Shown: positions 39,051-55,126, numbered from the stretch's first letter. The stretch: 64,000 nucleotides of DNA from Octopus vulgaris (GCA_951406725.2 OX597816.1:35278001-35342000); one strand, 5' to 3'. The notes: a model not told the origin generated them from the sequence alone. Made by a program: numbers and translations.

Positions 39051-41529
39051 CGCTAACTGATAAAATATTGACTCAAATTATGCATTATAAGTAGCGTATA
39101 ATATTTCATGAAAACCCTTTTGTCCAATTTGGCAGAGGAAATAGGAAGAACATTAAATTTTTTGTCGGCACCCTGTTGATGCTTCATATCACCACCCCGC
39201 ACACTATCGGACCATGTGCGTGTGTATGCGACTGGGAAAAGGCACAACAATGCCATTCATTCTTTCTCCAGATGTGCCTTGTTGACGTTTCACGTTTCCA
39301 GTCCTATGCAACGCAGCATGGCACGGCAGTATGACTCATTTGTATGAGCATGACTCATTTGTCTGAACTATATAATGCAAAATGTTGATTAAAAAGAAGA
39401 AACTGATGTTGTGTGTCACTGTGTATTGGCAACGAGTCGTATTTCCTATAATAATGAAGTCAAACAAAATAGTGATATTTTGAAATCGCTCAATACGTAC
39501 ATTTCACGTTTGCATAATATATATTAGGAAATGCAACCATTACTTAGACCTTACCCAGTTAAGAATGTTCAAAAGTATAAAAAGTTTGATGGAAATATTT
39601 TAATGATATGTAGTTAGAGCAGTAAGTCGGCTACAAAGACAGGAGGACATGTATGAATACGGAGGGAGATAGAGAGGGAGAATGGAGAGAAATGGGAAGA
39701 TGATATGTAAAGTGACGTATTGGGAAGAGCCAGAAAGGATGTACGTTGCCTGCTATATTTCTAATTATTTTTTATAGATTAACAATAGTATGTTTATTTA
39801 CACTACTCATGCGAACCGACGTGAGCACTATTATCGTATAAATTATTAGGTCATCTACAGGAATATCACAGAGTTACTTCCTGCAAGTAAACACATTCTC
39901 CGTGACTGTGAACACCTTGTCAAAACTTGTGGGAAAATGCAAATTATAGGATTAGCAGTTGATAAAATCATGGGATCCTAAGATTCCGTGGATGACATCC
40001 AACCGTACCCATGTAATATCTAAGACTTCAAAATGCAGTCATATCTAGTTACAACATTCCAACATGCTATATGAATAGTGCTCGTTCAAACATAGTGATG
40101 ATATTTGATAATCAACCGAGGACAGATTATTGTCATGAAAAATATCGATACTGATCACTCTTACCTCCAGCGACGAATGCTACCAATACCTCAAGAATGA
40201 TTGCCACATTTCGTGTATGGGGCTTGTGATTAAAGCTAGAACGATAAAAGTATACATTAGTAGATTTCTCGTTAAAAGGGAGACAGAGATAACGGAATTC
40301 ACTTAGAGCATACCCCACAATACTTCGCAGTACCAGCACAAGTATCACCACGTAGCATAGAAAACTTGACGAGTGAAGATATCTGCAATTTAGGCATTAA
40401 CACGGAAAACATCGCAACAACTACTGGAAGCTTAATTATTAACAATGAAAGGGTGTACAGGAAGCAGAATCATAGATGAATTGTCATATAGTTGGTCTAA
40501 GTATATTTTTAGTGCCACATAATATACCATAGGCATTACCCACTGAATAGGAATATTTATAAACACAAAAATAAGCGTAACATCATAATATTAGAAGGAA
40601 TCCCGAATACATATTCTATATAAACTGCTGTTGCATACAACCCAAGAGTAACTGAGATAAACTGTATAGGCAGAAACCTCATGCAGCAAGCCTTCCGATT
40701 AGCAACCCTTCCGATCCATCATGTGACAAAATATCAAAATTTACAGGAGTAGCAGCTTTGCCTGGACCAATGATATTTACATCAGATCTCATCTAGAACG
40801 ATATGCCTTTTGCGTGACTATTGTAGCTGTACTCGAGGAACAGAGTACTCATTACCTGATAATCTGAACTATAGGAAGGCCTGTAGGCATTCACGTTATA
40901 ATTGAAAATATCGATTATTAAGTATTAATGTGGGAGGTGGAGAGACTAATGACAGATGTTCAAATATAACGCCAAGAAACTAATTTCAATAGGGCAATGA
41001 CTTTTTCATAAATGAGAAATGCATTGTATGCGCGAAGATGTGCTTTATATAGTTTCAATTAGATTTTATTTCAAACTGTATGTCACTAATATTCTACCAA
41101 CATGAACAATCTTGAAAATTAAATTCAGATACATTGTGATGAAAATCCTAGTAGTCACAACAAACATGCAGTTGCTGACTGCTGACGAGATTCAGAATAT
41201 GTGAAGAAGGTAACATACATGAAGAGCAGCTACAAATATTTTAATGATATCATTTTGTTTAAATACAAACACATTTGTGCAAAAATGCATATTACGTTCT
41301 ATGGTTGTAAAACGGATATACGTTCTTCATTCCCTTAATAGTAAAGAAAATCATTATTCTCTGGCATATATTGAACTACATTAAGATTTCAACAAGCAAA
41401 TTTCTATTTGTAAACCCTCAAATAATTAGTATGAAACCATTTGAAGCTGAGCTTTTTATTTGTTTTAATAAATATATCTTCAAATCATGGCTTAACTGAA
41501 AGGAAAACGAATTATATTGGGTCATCTTC

Positions 41530-42010
41530 TTGCTTGTTTAGTGTTTTATGTCTATTATTATGGCCGGGATCCAACTCGGTCCCCAGCAACAAAGTCCACC
41601 CGCAACACATCTCGGTCCATCATCACAGCCTCGAGATCCTGGATACATTCCAGACCAGTGTCTACAAACAAGTTATCGATGTAAGAGTGACGACGTTTTT
41701 TCTCTTCTTTCATCATGAACTTGATTCCACAACGATAATTTTGATTCATCTATTTCGGAGTGGCATACTCAGCAGTCTTTGTCTTATCTTCTCACTAACT
41801 TTCAGCAGGTCTCAATAAAAACATTCATTTGTCATATGTTGTTGCCGTTTCACATTTAGGGCCATTCGTCGTATCCTTTTGTAGCATCCATTTAACCCGC
41901 TTGATATATACCATTGCCAGTGTCCATATTTCACTGACATATATATGTCACAGATTCGACAGTTATAATGAACGACTTGATTTTCTTTTGCTTCGACTAT
42001 TTAGACTTTC
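41530..42010 (-). mobile_element. RTE/RTE-X LINE 3' end, decayed
   Basis: YIDNLFVDTGLECIQDLEAVMMDR resembles the RTE C-terminal TYID.L..DTGL...M.DR. Confidence 0.65.
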
Positions 42011-43240
42011 AGATCTTTAATATTTGAAAATCAGGAAGGCAGAATCATAGACTGGTTGTCTATGCTTGTGCCTTCCTGATTTTAATCGGATGATAGTGCT
42101 GTGTCATTTTTTATTCATGGCAAATAAGCAAGACTACCATTCATCCAATTATTTTGACTCCAATTTACTATTAGTAGAGGTTTATAGGATCGTATTCAGA
42201 CATTATTATTTCATTAAAAATCAAGCGATATTTAACGACGTTGCACGGGATGATTCTGTTATTTGTTATGCCTAAGAGTTGTACAATGCTTTGGTTGCAT
42301 AAATTCTATTCCCAAGTTAATACTACGAATGTGGGATGAATCATTCTCTTGTTTATTCAAATCGGAAATATGAATCTGTGGTACGTTTTCAAGAATATTA
42401 CTGTAAATTGTAATCTGACATATATATACACAGACACGCCTGTGAGTCAAATAGTTTCTATTTCTACATAGTATATTTTGTAAATTTAGTCGATTATCAT
42501 CATTGGTTATAATCACATGCGGATTAATTTATAAGACAGGCGAAACAGTGATTCATATTCTACAAATATTTCGCCTTGGTTAGAGAATTTGTAATATAAT
42601 CTTGTAATTATCCCCTTTGTGGCAATATCCCAGCGGAGAGAGAGGTCGAGTGACCGACGTCCTTCACCAAGGGCTCATGAAATACGCCATATTTTTCTTG
42701 GCATTTGCAAACTAAGAATCCACTTTTTATGGAGTACTAAATATTTTTAAATGATTCATTATAACAGTAATTATCCCCTATTTAACTCATTCCACTGAAT
42801 ATTATGTTCCATTTTCTTTTGTTTAGGTATGTTAAAATGGGTTCTAATATATACACGGACTTTCTGAAAAAAAGCTCGTTAGCTAGAGATGACGTCAATA
42901 GATAATAGAAACTGCACTACTGTGAGTATCTTCAATAATTATTCTTCAATAACATTTGTGAAAATTGCCTCTTTCCATTTCTATGAACACAATTTGCAAT
43001 GTCAACTTCACATTTTCGAGGACATTTCAAATGTGAAGTATATGGTTGTCATGTGTTCAGCGGGATATAATGTAATGAATGAGGAAATCCTCTATTTTTA
43101 CTATTTGCAATTAATCCTTTATTCTCCCTAATACTTTGACGGAAAAAAGTGTGTTTCTCTAATTTTCAGAAATTTTAAAATCTCAAATGATATATGCCAC
43201 ACACAAATTATGTAATAAGTTAATCTTTTCCTACACACAA

Positions 43241-43316
<76 letters not shown>

Positions 43317-43320
<4 letters not shown>

Positions 43321-43450
43321 ATCCAAGCATTAAAACACAAAAGGAAAACAACAACGCTAGGATGTGGAACAAGTATAGTATTATTGGACGCTCGGGAAAG
43401 AAGGGAAGACGGAAGAAAAAAATCGCCAACGGTACACACGCGGTCACACA
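43317..43450 (-). mobile_element. pLTR-like fragment related to family A, lacking the HHR segment
   Basis: GGAyGTGGAACAAGTATAGT.TTATTGGACGCTC shared with 61706-61742; abuts (TA)n. Confidence 0.55.
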
Positions 43451-43459
43451 TACACACAT

Positions 43460-43546
<87 letters not shown>

Positions 43547-45637
43547 CATACATACATATACATACATACATACATACATACATACATACATACATACGTA
43601 CATACATACATACATACGTACATACATACATACATACATACATATTCGTGTGTATGTCTATGGTTGCATGTATGGCAAACTTCCACATTTTTTAGTGGAA
43701 CTTCATCACTTGAATTATGATAATTTTTAGCGCATAATTAATTTCAGTATCACGAGATAATTCTGCTTATGTCATTAAATTTCGCATTTTTTCTTTCAGA
43801 ATTTTATCATAAGAAACAACATGCACTACTATACTTTTAAGAGACTTTATATTCAGAACGTGATCTGAAATATGATTTTCTCAGTTACGCGACCCGGTGT
43901 TTTGAGAAACAAATTGAATAAGTTTTGTGTTTCGGGTAATTAGTATTTTCTTCCTAAGAAATTTCCACTTAGTATTCGGGTATTTATCATGACGCACCAA
44001 GATTAAACTCAGTTGTAACGAAACATTTAATGAAATTGTTCATGTGTCTTAAAGATTTTTAACTTGTTTTCGTTTTTTCTTCATTCTTGTATAGTTAAAT
44101 AATTATATAAAGTATTTCGTTATTTGCTTCATACTTGCAGTACAGTTACTAATTAACTTGTAATGACTGATGGTTAACGCAATGTCTTATCGCCTTTGTT
44201 TTATTGGTGAATGAAAAACATTCTTCCGTTTGTAGCTTAACAGTTTTTCTCATCTTAATTGTTTTCTTTACAATTTAGTTATATCACTGTGACTATTAAA
44301 TGGAACACGAACGCCAGTTACACCACGCAAGTCCAGTATGCGCAATTTTCAATAACTGAAGACACTTATTCATTTTACAGTCCGAAAAACTTTTTTATCT
44401 TTCAAAATGATTTTAGTATTTCCATGTTTCCATCTTACAAACGATTAGATGATATTGAAAATATTTACTTATCCAGGCTTTCTTGCAAATATGTAACTAA
44501 ACAAGTATGGTATGACATATTTCTATGACAGAATATGTACGATGTGGTGACGGATATTTAACAGCATTGAACAACAGTGTACTATAGGCTTCGTTGATTT
44601 CGTTTCGTAGCTCCAAGCTATTTCTATTTGAAGAGGCTTATAACAAAATGCACTCACATCATCTCTTCTGTTTCTTTTTTCTTACGTGCAGAAAAGACAT
44701 TTCCCAATTAGACGTTTCTAAACTGTTAGGGTATGATTTACTAGAGATTTCTTTTGCATTTAAACTGTCCAAATCCTTTAGTAGAGGTTGTGTTGAAGCG
44801 TCATTTATCTCCGTTATTGCTAAAAAAATAAATATCTAATGAAATGGAAACCTTTTCCAAATACAATATGAATTCACAATTTAAATCATTAAAGTTGTTT
44901 TATCTCAACAAGAATTAGTGAATTTTGAATTATTTTCCTAAAATATAAATGTTTGCTTACAGATGCAAATGAACTAGTGTAATAATTTTTTAAAAAAAAT
45001 AATTAAGTAAAGGATATTTCAGTCAATGTGTCAAGCCCTACAGCATTTATGCCAAAGACACGCGTAGGATTAGGATTAGAACACGTATTCTACCTGCGAT
45101 TAATTTTAATCAACATTCACACCCACATGAATAATCCCCTTCCATGAGCTTGATCTTTAGACATCCCTCTGTAAACTTGCTGACTTGAAATTCTAAACAC
45201 TCTTCCTATCAACATAAATCTAATGTGGAAATATGTTACTATGGAATTTTTGTTTCTGATTTTATAGCACCAATGCTTGGCTATCGGTGTTGTTTTTTTA
45301 AATTCCTGTAACATAGCGGGTCGGCCAAAAATATCGATAGAATACCGACGAAACTTTAATTAAGCTACGTAGTCGATTTGTGGATTTAAATGCCTTCACA
45401 TCTACGTCACTCGAAGACCAAAATCCAGTGAGTGAAACCAGTAACGCATGTTAGATAAAGATACCATAACCTGCGGCACAGTTATTTACAGTTCACTATA
45501 TATTTATTCTAAAACGGCCATATGTTTAAAAAACGTCATTTCCCAACTATATATATAGTTTGTTCAGCAATAACCTAAAAGTTCTGTTTAGTTGTAATAG
45601 TTTATTTTCAATTTTAGGGTCGTCATCCGCGACTTCC

Positions 45638-45678
<41 letters not shown>

Positions 45679-45894
45679 TCGTTTTGTTCTCTTACTTTAT
45701 TATCATCTTATAATCATCTCATAATAATGACCTTTATGACTCATATTACTACCTCAGTCAATCTAAATGTATATATTTGTCACTACCTGTCGTAAAGAGC
45801 CTTTTTCTATTTGCAATATGCATTTTCGTTGATTTTTCATATTTTACTCTTACGTTTCCAAGTGTTTTTATATTTTCTTTTCGTAACATATTTC

Positions 45895-45994
<100 letters not shown>

Positions 45995-47099
45995 CGGCAG
46001 TGTTTGACTATATTATAAAACAATTAATTATAGGTTGCTCGAGATGGTCTGTGTGCTTGCGCTAGATAAATATACGTTGCGACATTCTACATATTTCGTT
46101 TTTGTATAGTACCAAGCGTATAGGAAGTCGGTCACGCTGATTTTCTCATTTACCGATAATGAGCAATATTACAAGGCGTGTATTTCCATTCATTTTGTGA
46201 GCAGTTGATCTGTAGTTTACAGATAAGATATGTATCGTCACCCCATAATATGTAGGATTTCAAACCCAACCCGTCCTGTTGTGAAAGGAAACGAACGACA
46301 CTAATGTATTTATTTAGGCGCTGCATTGTTATTTCCTTTGATAGTATATGTTTCGTAATCAATAGGGGGGAGATCAAACTATAATAATGTTCCCCGAAAT
46401 ACCTTGAGATATGGAAGGGCATTTTTAAAGTTGTCTTTTGATTTGTGGTTTCAACAGAATATCGGGAAATTAGTAAATTTCACGGAAGTTAATCCAGTGC
46501 TACACATCGGATTACGACAGCCAACAACGAACTTACCATCTGACCCTCTCCTGCACTGGTTCCATTTACTAAATTTTTATTCACACGTTATTTGTTAGCC
46601 CGTAGCTTTGTTACACCACAATAGCGTAATATGCAATATATTGGTATCGAAATGATAATCAGTGAGTTACGAAATGATGTCTTAAAAACATATGCTTAGG
46701 ATGTCCCCATTTTTGGGACACATTTAAATTGCCATACGCCTTAATAGTACCAACGTTTACAAAGGGAAGATTATAACACACAATAACTATAAAGTAAACG
46801 AGGAAACAAAATTATACTTCCAAAGTAACCCACAGTTATTTCGGCAAAAATCTTTATTTACAAGGTAAATACATGATTCTGATTATATAGATAACATTGT
46901 CTTACAAGTATGTTATACTTGTAGAGGAATGCTTCCATATGTGAATATTACAGTTCTAATATCTAGATACAACGGGCAGGTGACAGACATACAACTTTGA
47001 CGGAAACTTTTTCTCTAGCTTCCAGGAATTTTAATAATCAAATGACATATGCCACACACAAATTATATAAGAAATTAAGCTTTTCCTACACAGAAGGCA

Positions 47100-47104
47100 C
47101 ATAT

Positions 47105-47139
<35 letters not shown>

Positions 47140-47161
47140 CATATACATATATATATGTGTG

Positions 47162-47219
<58 letters not shown>

Positions 47220-47324
47220 ATATATATATATATATGTATATTATATATATATACATATATATATATATATAAGTATGTATATATATATGTATATATATAT
47301 ATGTATATATACATATATATATAT

Positions 47325-47363
<39 letters not shown>

Positions 47364-47401
47364 TATGTATATATATGTATATATATATATATATATACAT
47401 A

Positions 47402-47450
<49 letters not shown>

Positions 47451-47545
47451 GTATACATGTATATATATATGTATATATATCATATATGTATTATACATAT
47501 GTATATATATATATATATATATATACGTGTGTATGTATATATATG
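47100..47545. repeat. ~440-bp degenerate (TA)n array
   Basis: Seen directly. Confidence 0.95.
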
Positions 47546-47837
47546 GATGTGTAGTCTTATAAACACGCTTGCATGAAGTTATTGGGACGTAAATCGACTT
47601 GAGCATAATCAATATGATATCAGCAATAACAACATAAGCAATAATGGTGTCTCCATAATTGCAGTTTCCATCGACCTGAAGCGGTGAACGAAAATGAAGA
47701 TTGAAAGACAAGAACACAATTTATTTTGACTTCTCCAGAAGTTAGAACAGGATCAATGGCAGCTTTTTGATGCACACCTTCATATATATTTGTGCAGCCA
47801 TTCATGTTTGCGTAAGTACTCACAGACACACACACGC

Positions 47838-47887
<50 letters not shown>

Positions 47888-48412
47888 CCCTGAATATTTT
47901 CTATCTCTAGAAGCACAAATTCACACGCTTGTATTCATACACACACTCGCACAAGCCTGAAGTATTTCAAGTTATTCAACCGTTTACTTTTAAATCCTTG
48001 TAATATTTTCTCAGAAATTTAAAATTTGTTTCAAATATATATTCTGTCTTTTACACTCACTTTAGCTAAATTGATTTTAAATTATCCTTAATTGGTTTCC
48101 CAGTCTGACCGCAAATAAATCTAATTGAATTTTGTGTGATACCCTGGATATTGGTCGAGGGTTTTTATTCTCTTATATTATTAGCATGAAATATATATGA
48201 TTACCGAAGACATTTCGGTTCCGAAGGAAGTCGAATAGCAAGCTGGGATACAACTGGCGCAGAGAGAAATTATATAATAATTTCTATCCTCAGGGTGACT
48301 GTAAGAGCAAATCTAATAACCATAGTATTGTTAGCTCACACAAACTTAGTATTAGAGGAATATTAACATCATGCTCAGAAGAAACTAATTTCTGAAGGAT
48401 ATATACATATTA

Positions 48413-48587
48413 TTCTTTTACTCCTTTACTTCTTTCAGTCGTAACTGTTGCCATGCTGGAGCACCGGCTTTAGTCGAGCAAATCGACCCCAGGACTTATT
48501 CTTAGTAAGCCTAGTACTTATTCCATCGGTCTCTTTTGCCGAAACGCTAATCTTACGGGGACGTAAACACAGACAAACATACACACA

Positions 48588-48651
<64 letters not shown>

Positions 48652-48816
48652 CATATATACGAAAGGCTTCTTTCAGTTTCCATCTACCAAATCCACTCAC
48701 AAGGCTTTGGTCGGCCCGAGGCTATAGTAGAAGGCACCTGCCCAAGGTACCACGCAGTTGGACGGAACCCGGAACCATGTGGTTGGTAAGCAAGCTACTT
48801 ACCACACAGCCACTTC
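48413..48816 (-). mobile_element. SINE family 1
   Basis: Reverse complement of 15033-15446 with a small internal deletion. Confidence 0.92.
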
Positions 48817-48837
48817 TAACAGTGATTTTTTAAAAAA

Positions 48838-49460
48838 TGTGGTGAGCTGGCAGAGTCGTTAGCAGGCCGGGAAAAATGCTTAGAGTCATTTCGTCCGCCT
48901 TGCCGTTGTAATTTCAAATTCCACCGAGGTTGACTTTGCTTTTCATCCCCTTGAAGTCGATTAAATAAGTACCAGTTGCCTACTGGGGTCGATGCAATCG
49001 ACTCCAACCGTCCGCCGGATATGGTGGCCGTGTGCCAAAATTTGAGTCTAATATTGATTCCAAAATGTTGGCACAAAAGCAGCAAGTTCGGGTGAGGGGA
49101 TATGTTTATTACATCGGCTACAATACTGAATTGGTACTATTTTTATCGGCTCCGAAAATTGAACTCAGAATGTACAGAGAGACGAAATGACGCTAAGCGT
49201 TTTGCTCGGCGCCATAACGATTCTGCCACCTGTCCACATTTATTCCCCTCAACATTAGTGAAAAAAATACGGCTGTGTCCCAGCGGATTTGTTAGCAGAT
49301 CACGCAAAATGCTGAGTGACATTTCGTCCGTCTTTATTTGCTAAGTTCAAATTCTCTCGATGTCGATTAAACAAGTGTCAGTTGTACATTTGGGTCGATG
49401 TAATTGATTTGCCCTCTCCCTTGAAATTGCTGGCCTTGAGTTTGAAATAAACATTTGTGG
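48838..49460. mobile_element. Cluster of three SINE family 2 copies (+ 48838-49055, - ~49090-49235, + ~49270-49460)
   Basis: GAGCTGGCAGAGTCGTTAGCA, CATTTCGTCCG, GTCGATTAAA and TGAACTCAGAA segments. Confidence 0.8.
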
Positions 49461-49640
49461 AAATATTGTCGATTTAAGATTAATAATCAATAAGCCAGCG
49501 TAATACAAATGCCAACAATTTCTTCTATACAATAAAAACTGAAAAGTGAGTTTATGATGAATATAGAATATAACGTGTAGAATTATGTAACATGCCAGCT
49601 CTCTTACTGAAAGTAGAATACAAGCTATATATATATATAT

Positions 49641-49835
49641 ACTTTATTTAAAGCAGCAGAAAATTAAACAAAACTCTGAGTTTCATGCTCCCGTTCGTCG
49701 GAGAGTTTTTGCTAGAATAGAACCGATATGCCAATTCTATCAAGACTAGTATAAACGTTACACCTTTAAACATGGACTTGTTTGATTGGTCCTTTACAAA
49801 TACCGGTCAATTTTCGAGCGATAAACACACATGAG

Positions 49836-49840
<5 letters not shown>
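49641..49840 (-). mobile_element. PLE pLTR-like fragment inside (TA)n with decayed hammerhead
   Basis: Minus strand ctct-CCGACGA-ACG-GGAG-CAT-GAAA-CTCAGAG-TT at 49672-49705. Confidence 0.5.
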
Positions 49841-49897
<57 letters not shown>

Positions 49898-52193
49898 AAA
49901 ATTCGAGGAAAAAACCTTACATCGAATATTTGGTTAAAATACATATTGTCATTAATAAAGGAAATATAATTAATACATGGAAATTGAAATTAAAATGTTA
50001 AAATGCATTAAAATATTACACAACTATACATACTCATGCTAAACTATACATATATACATCAACATACACAGATAGATGCGCGCAGACCACATACATATAC
50101 AGACATATAAATACAAAGCTAAAATATACACACAAATGCATGTACACATATGTATACGCAATCAAAATCACTGTATCCATATAGACTATAAGCTAAATTC
50201 ATGGATGGGGAAGGAGCGTCCTTATTTACAACGTAAAGCTAAATATATGAGTAAGGGAGAGGAAGGGGGACGTAAAGGGAGAGAAAAAACGAAAGAAAGG
50301 AAGAGAGAGAAAAAGAAAAAGAGAGAAGGGAAAAAGAAGGAAAGGAAAGAATTTTGTATACAAATTATATAAGTACATATACTGACACATATATATAGAG
50401 ACAAGCACGCAAACACACAAGATACATCTCTCTGACAATACCACAGAAAACACTTATATAACCAGGACACGTACAACCAACATTACTTTTTGCTGATACA
50501 GCAATATCTCACTCCTTTTCCGCTATTAAACTTTTCTAGAAATTTCGAAGGTAAGATATTACAGGAAACCTGTTTCTAGAGTTTTGTCAGTATGAGAACG
50601 TTAAGAAATAGTGAAACATACGTCTACATTTACAGAAAAGAATGAAATTAATATACGTCATCATTCAGTACACTACCTGAATTCTGAAGTGCACATCCTA
50701 TGTAAGTTTGACCCTCCCACCGCACGCGCAAGATGATTCTTTTAAGAATTGGTTTCATATAACGGAATATGTTTGTCATTATAGACGTCAAGTATACTTT
50801 AAAACATTCGATAATTATTTTCCTTCGCTTTACCCTACCGATTAGTCGTTTTTATTAAATAGATCGCTCTTAAACATTCTTTCTCAATCTTTAAAATTAG
50901 AAACAAACAGAGAATACACAAGATTGGCTTTGGAGCTTCTATAACTTGGCCTATCGGAGAGAAATTAATAGATGTCACTTGAGTTCATATTTATAAAAAT
51001 ATAGATTCCTAGTAACAGCCACCGAATATTTATTCTAGAACATTTACAAAATGAAGAAATGAACAACCTACTGAACAATCTAAATTGATATTTGAAAAGT
51101 GATTTCATCCAAAATATCTCTAAATAATAATTAAATGTATTAACATTTATTTTCAAGTATTTCATTGACAAAAAATTCTTACAACAATTTCTGAGACCTC
51201 TGTCATATACGTGTTTCCATGCAATATCTGTAACCATTCAACTGCAATCTAATCGCTTGACTATATCTATAAATGCTATCATATATGTTACTGATTCCTG
51301 TCAAATACACACATTCCGAAATATTAACTTTTGTCTGTAAGAAATTCTCAATAACATGTGCATTCTTATATGAGTAAACATACTGAGCTAGATTCTATAC
51401 GTAGTTTAGATAACTTTAAATGTTAGAATAATTAACGGATCGTACACATTGTTTATTGTTTAGATTTGAAAAACAATGATTATATCTGACGAATTCAAAT
51501 GGATTACAACAATTTCTACCCAACATGCCCTCGTGTGTCTTCCTTTTCTTTCTCCAGCAATTCAAATCAGCATCTGTCTACTGTGTGTATAGGAATAATT
51601 ATTTGCTGATCAAAGTATTATGATATTAAATTGGTCATCCAATTTCCCATTACATTACGTGTTTTTAATATTGTTTCTAATGGAAAATAAAACTGGCATT
51701 CACTGTCACGTGATGAATGCATTACTTCCTTTCGCTAAAAGGCTATCATGTAGCTGTCCTTTAAAATAACAAGGTCATTTTCTGTGTAGCTTCTCAATAA
51801 GAAATATGCGTATTATTTGCCTTATTTGCAAGGTTATTGGCATATGAAGACAGTCTGTTTATTTCAAATAACGATGACAATGGACATGAATATATCAATG
51901 AGCTAAATAATAGGAATGCAGTGAAAGCACTTCACAAATGTGGCAAACATTATCATAGTTGCCACAGGTTTCCTATTCCATACTTAAAAACAAGCTGTAT
52001 GTAATTTCTGTAAGAACATATATTAGTCCTCACAGTAAGATAGTTGCTATACCTTCGAATAAAAGCAAAAACAAACAGCTGATTATTTTGAATATTGTTT
52101 GTGATAGAATGACTTAATGACTTAATAATACTGGACACATCTGTAACTTAACGCGAATAGTTGTTATTTATCTCTCGTTTATTTACTCCGTCG

Positions 52194-52250
<57 letters not shown>

Positions 52251-52270
52251 AGATAAATAGATTGATCTAC

Positions 52271-52345
<75 letters not shown>

Positions 52346-52558
52346 GATAGATAGACAGATATATACTAAGTTTTTGAGATTTCGTCAGAAGAAAACGAGT
52401 AAATTATACTGCTAATAATTTAGCAATGACAATGAAGAAAGCAATTCAGTAAACTTATAAAATGTTCGTAACAATTTTAAACCTAACGCTGTATTGTTTA
52501 CTCCGACTCTCATAATTAATTCAACACAACTGGGTGTTATTCGAGATTTTCTACATAC

Positions 52559-52625
<67 letters not shown>

Positions 52626-52630
52626 AGTTT

Positions 52631-52950
52631 AAAATAAGGGTGAGAAATTACATATTAATTTGATTAACATCGATTTCACACCAGTGGTCTAGCATTAAAA
52701 AAAACCTGAAGGTTCAGTAAAACTGCATTATATATATATTAGAGGGAAACCACTATGTGGACACCCATATGCTAGAAATAGATCCGGTACGGTCTCACCA
52801 CCAAGAAATATTCTCAAGAAAAATTTAGCAAAACAACCAAAACGTAATCGAGCAAAACAAAAGAAAAAGTAATAGAAATATGGATTATTCGTATACATGT
52901 TTCAACAAATTACGCAATCTTACGTAACTTACGTAATTGTCCGTAGATCA
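52631..52950 (-). mobile_element. PLE pLTR fragment (family C), followed by a SINE family 1 3' fragment (52955-53050, +)
   Basis: AATAAGGGTGAGA...CACACCA(A)GTGGyCTAG shared with 1988-2050; minus strand GAAACATGTA at 52894-52903. Confidence 0.6.
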
Positions 52951-53689
52951 TCGTTTGCCAAGCGATGCTGGTTCGTTTATGGTTGATTTGCTTGACTAAA
53001 GTCAGTGTTCCAGCATGGCTGCAGCCTAAATGACTGAAACGTGTAAAAGAATGTCTGGTCAACCTTTTCACATGACTATATTCATCAAAAATAAAATAGC
53101 AATTTTGTTCAATTTTTCTGGATTAAGTAATTAACCAAATCGGATTTATCGTGGAAAATTATTTCGATATACCAAATTTGAAAATGTTCGCGTAATGTAA
53201 AAATTTCACAACATGTGATTGCAATAAGAAAGACCCTGCAAAAGTAGGAGACAGACACTTATATGACGTATCACACACACGCAAACACACCTTCACAAAT
53301 GTAATCACGAATTTAAAATAGTATATATTAGATATAGGTGGTGTATGTACTCATATATATATATACATATATACATATGCATGTGTGTGCGTGTCTGTGT
53401 GTAACTGTTTCTTTGCGATGGGCAGCAGAAAAACCACCTACCCACTTCATGAAAGCTACGTATTCCTCACTCTCTGTGTGTGTACGTGTTTGTGTCTATA
53501 TATGAGGGCGCGTGTGTATGTTGTATCTGTATTTACGAAACTATTTCTGCAGCGTCGCGTGTATATGGCAGCTGTATTAACGTTAATATCCCAATTCAGC
53601 GCTGTTCACGCCTTCATTGATATAAGTCACCTTCTCTATGATATCGCATTTCCAGCAGACTTATACTTTTGCAACCTTCTCATTTTATC

Positions 53690-53871
53690 ATATTATTTGA
53701 CCAACGTCCCCGGGGTGGGGGGCACATTATAGATTTTTATTGAATTCCAATTTATCTGTTATTCAATTGGATTTTCGTGTAACCTGTATGCAAAGTTTCT
53801 TGAAAATTGCGTCGGTGTTTTAGGCATTAAGATGGTAAAAGTCATAACAAAATTGTTGTTTATATATTAGA
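53690..53871 (-). mobile_element. Helitron-type 5'-end fragment
   Basis: Minus strand A|TCTAATATATAAA start. Confidence 0.45.
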
Positions 53872-55004
53872 TTTCATGTTTCATAAATATACATCCTATA
53901 TTAATATATACTTATATACTATTATCATATTCTTAAGTTCAAGGCGGCGAAATGGTAAGATCCATAGAGCTTCGAAACAAAATTTTTCCGTCATTTCTTT
54001 CGCCACTCGGATTCTTTTCTTTGTGAGACAATAATACAAAGTGAAATGTGAAGGGGTCGCTGCCAACAACTTTTTTCTTTGTGTTAACCTTTTTGTCTTA
54101 GTGTGATGCGGTAGAGATTAATATGTATTGGACCAAACGAAAAATATGTACCTCTGTTATTTCTAAAACTATTTAGCTTTAGTGAACCAAATATATTTGT
54201 CTTAAACATAAATTTAAATGTAGTAATTTACAAATTTCTCTTGTATATACGGAAAACCAGTATCACTAAATAGGCAAGATATTGTAGCCATATGACAGCA
54301 CCACATTCATATCATGCCCTGCCATCTTCAGAAGTGAATGAAGGATTCTCGGAAGGACGAATATTTATGAAAAATATTTGTTAGAGAATAGCAGCTATTT
54401 GGTTCACATGTGTATGTGCGCATGTGTATGAAAGTGTGCGTCTGTATGTGTACTATGGGGTTTCGTGAAAGAAACAACAACAATGATGAAGCAGGCGCGT
54501 GTATGTATTACGCGGTAACGCGAAGGAAACAACAAAAATAACGATGCATGTGGAAATAGACACATATTGTTTTACGTTGTGATTTTATATGTGGATTGGA
54601 CAAAGGCGTCCATTACAATACTCACCGCCATCACTGCTTCTCATACGCGGGGCTTTTATTTTCATGGAGATGCATGCAACGTAATTTTTGCTGTACACAT
54701 CCGGTAACATTCGAATGAATGAGGTCAGCAATTCGCCGCGAATCCTTGCAAGTAGCAAACAAATTATTTCCTCATGCTTACCATGTCATCGCTTCGTATT
54801 TTCAGCAACGCCTGGAGCAGAACGGACATTTGTTTTAGAAAAGCGTTCGTGAAATATTTATATTCTATTTGTAGGATATTTTTATTTTCGAAAATGAAAT
54901 GTATGTCAATTAATTCTGATTTTATAAGCTTTCAATTACTGTATTTGTTGGGAAGGTTACTGTATATATAAACATACATATATACACACACATTACACAC
55001 ACAT

Positions 55005-55126
<122 letters not shown>

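Noticed and set aside
40380-41260. Possible decayed LINE endonuclease, plus mariner traces at 8540-8780, 15540-15690, 17200-17760 and 47700-47785
   Set aside because: Too degraded to support by eye; needs a translated HMM search
45400-45450. TCGAAGA...GAAACCAGTA as a hammerhead (also GAAACAGAGTC near 13626)
   Set aside because: No CUGANGA core with compatible stems I and II
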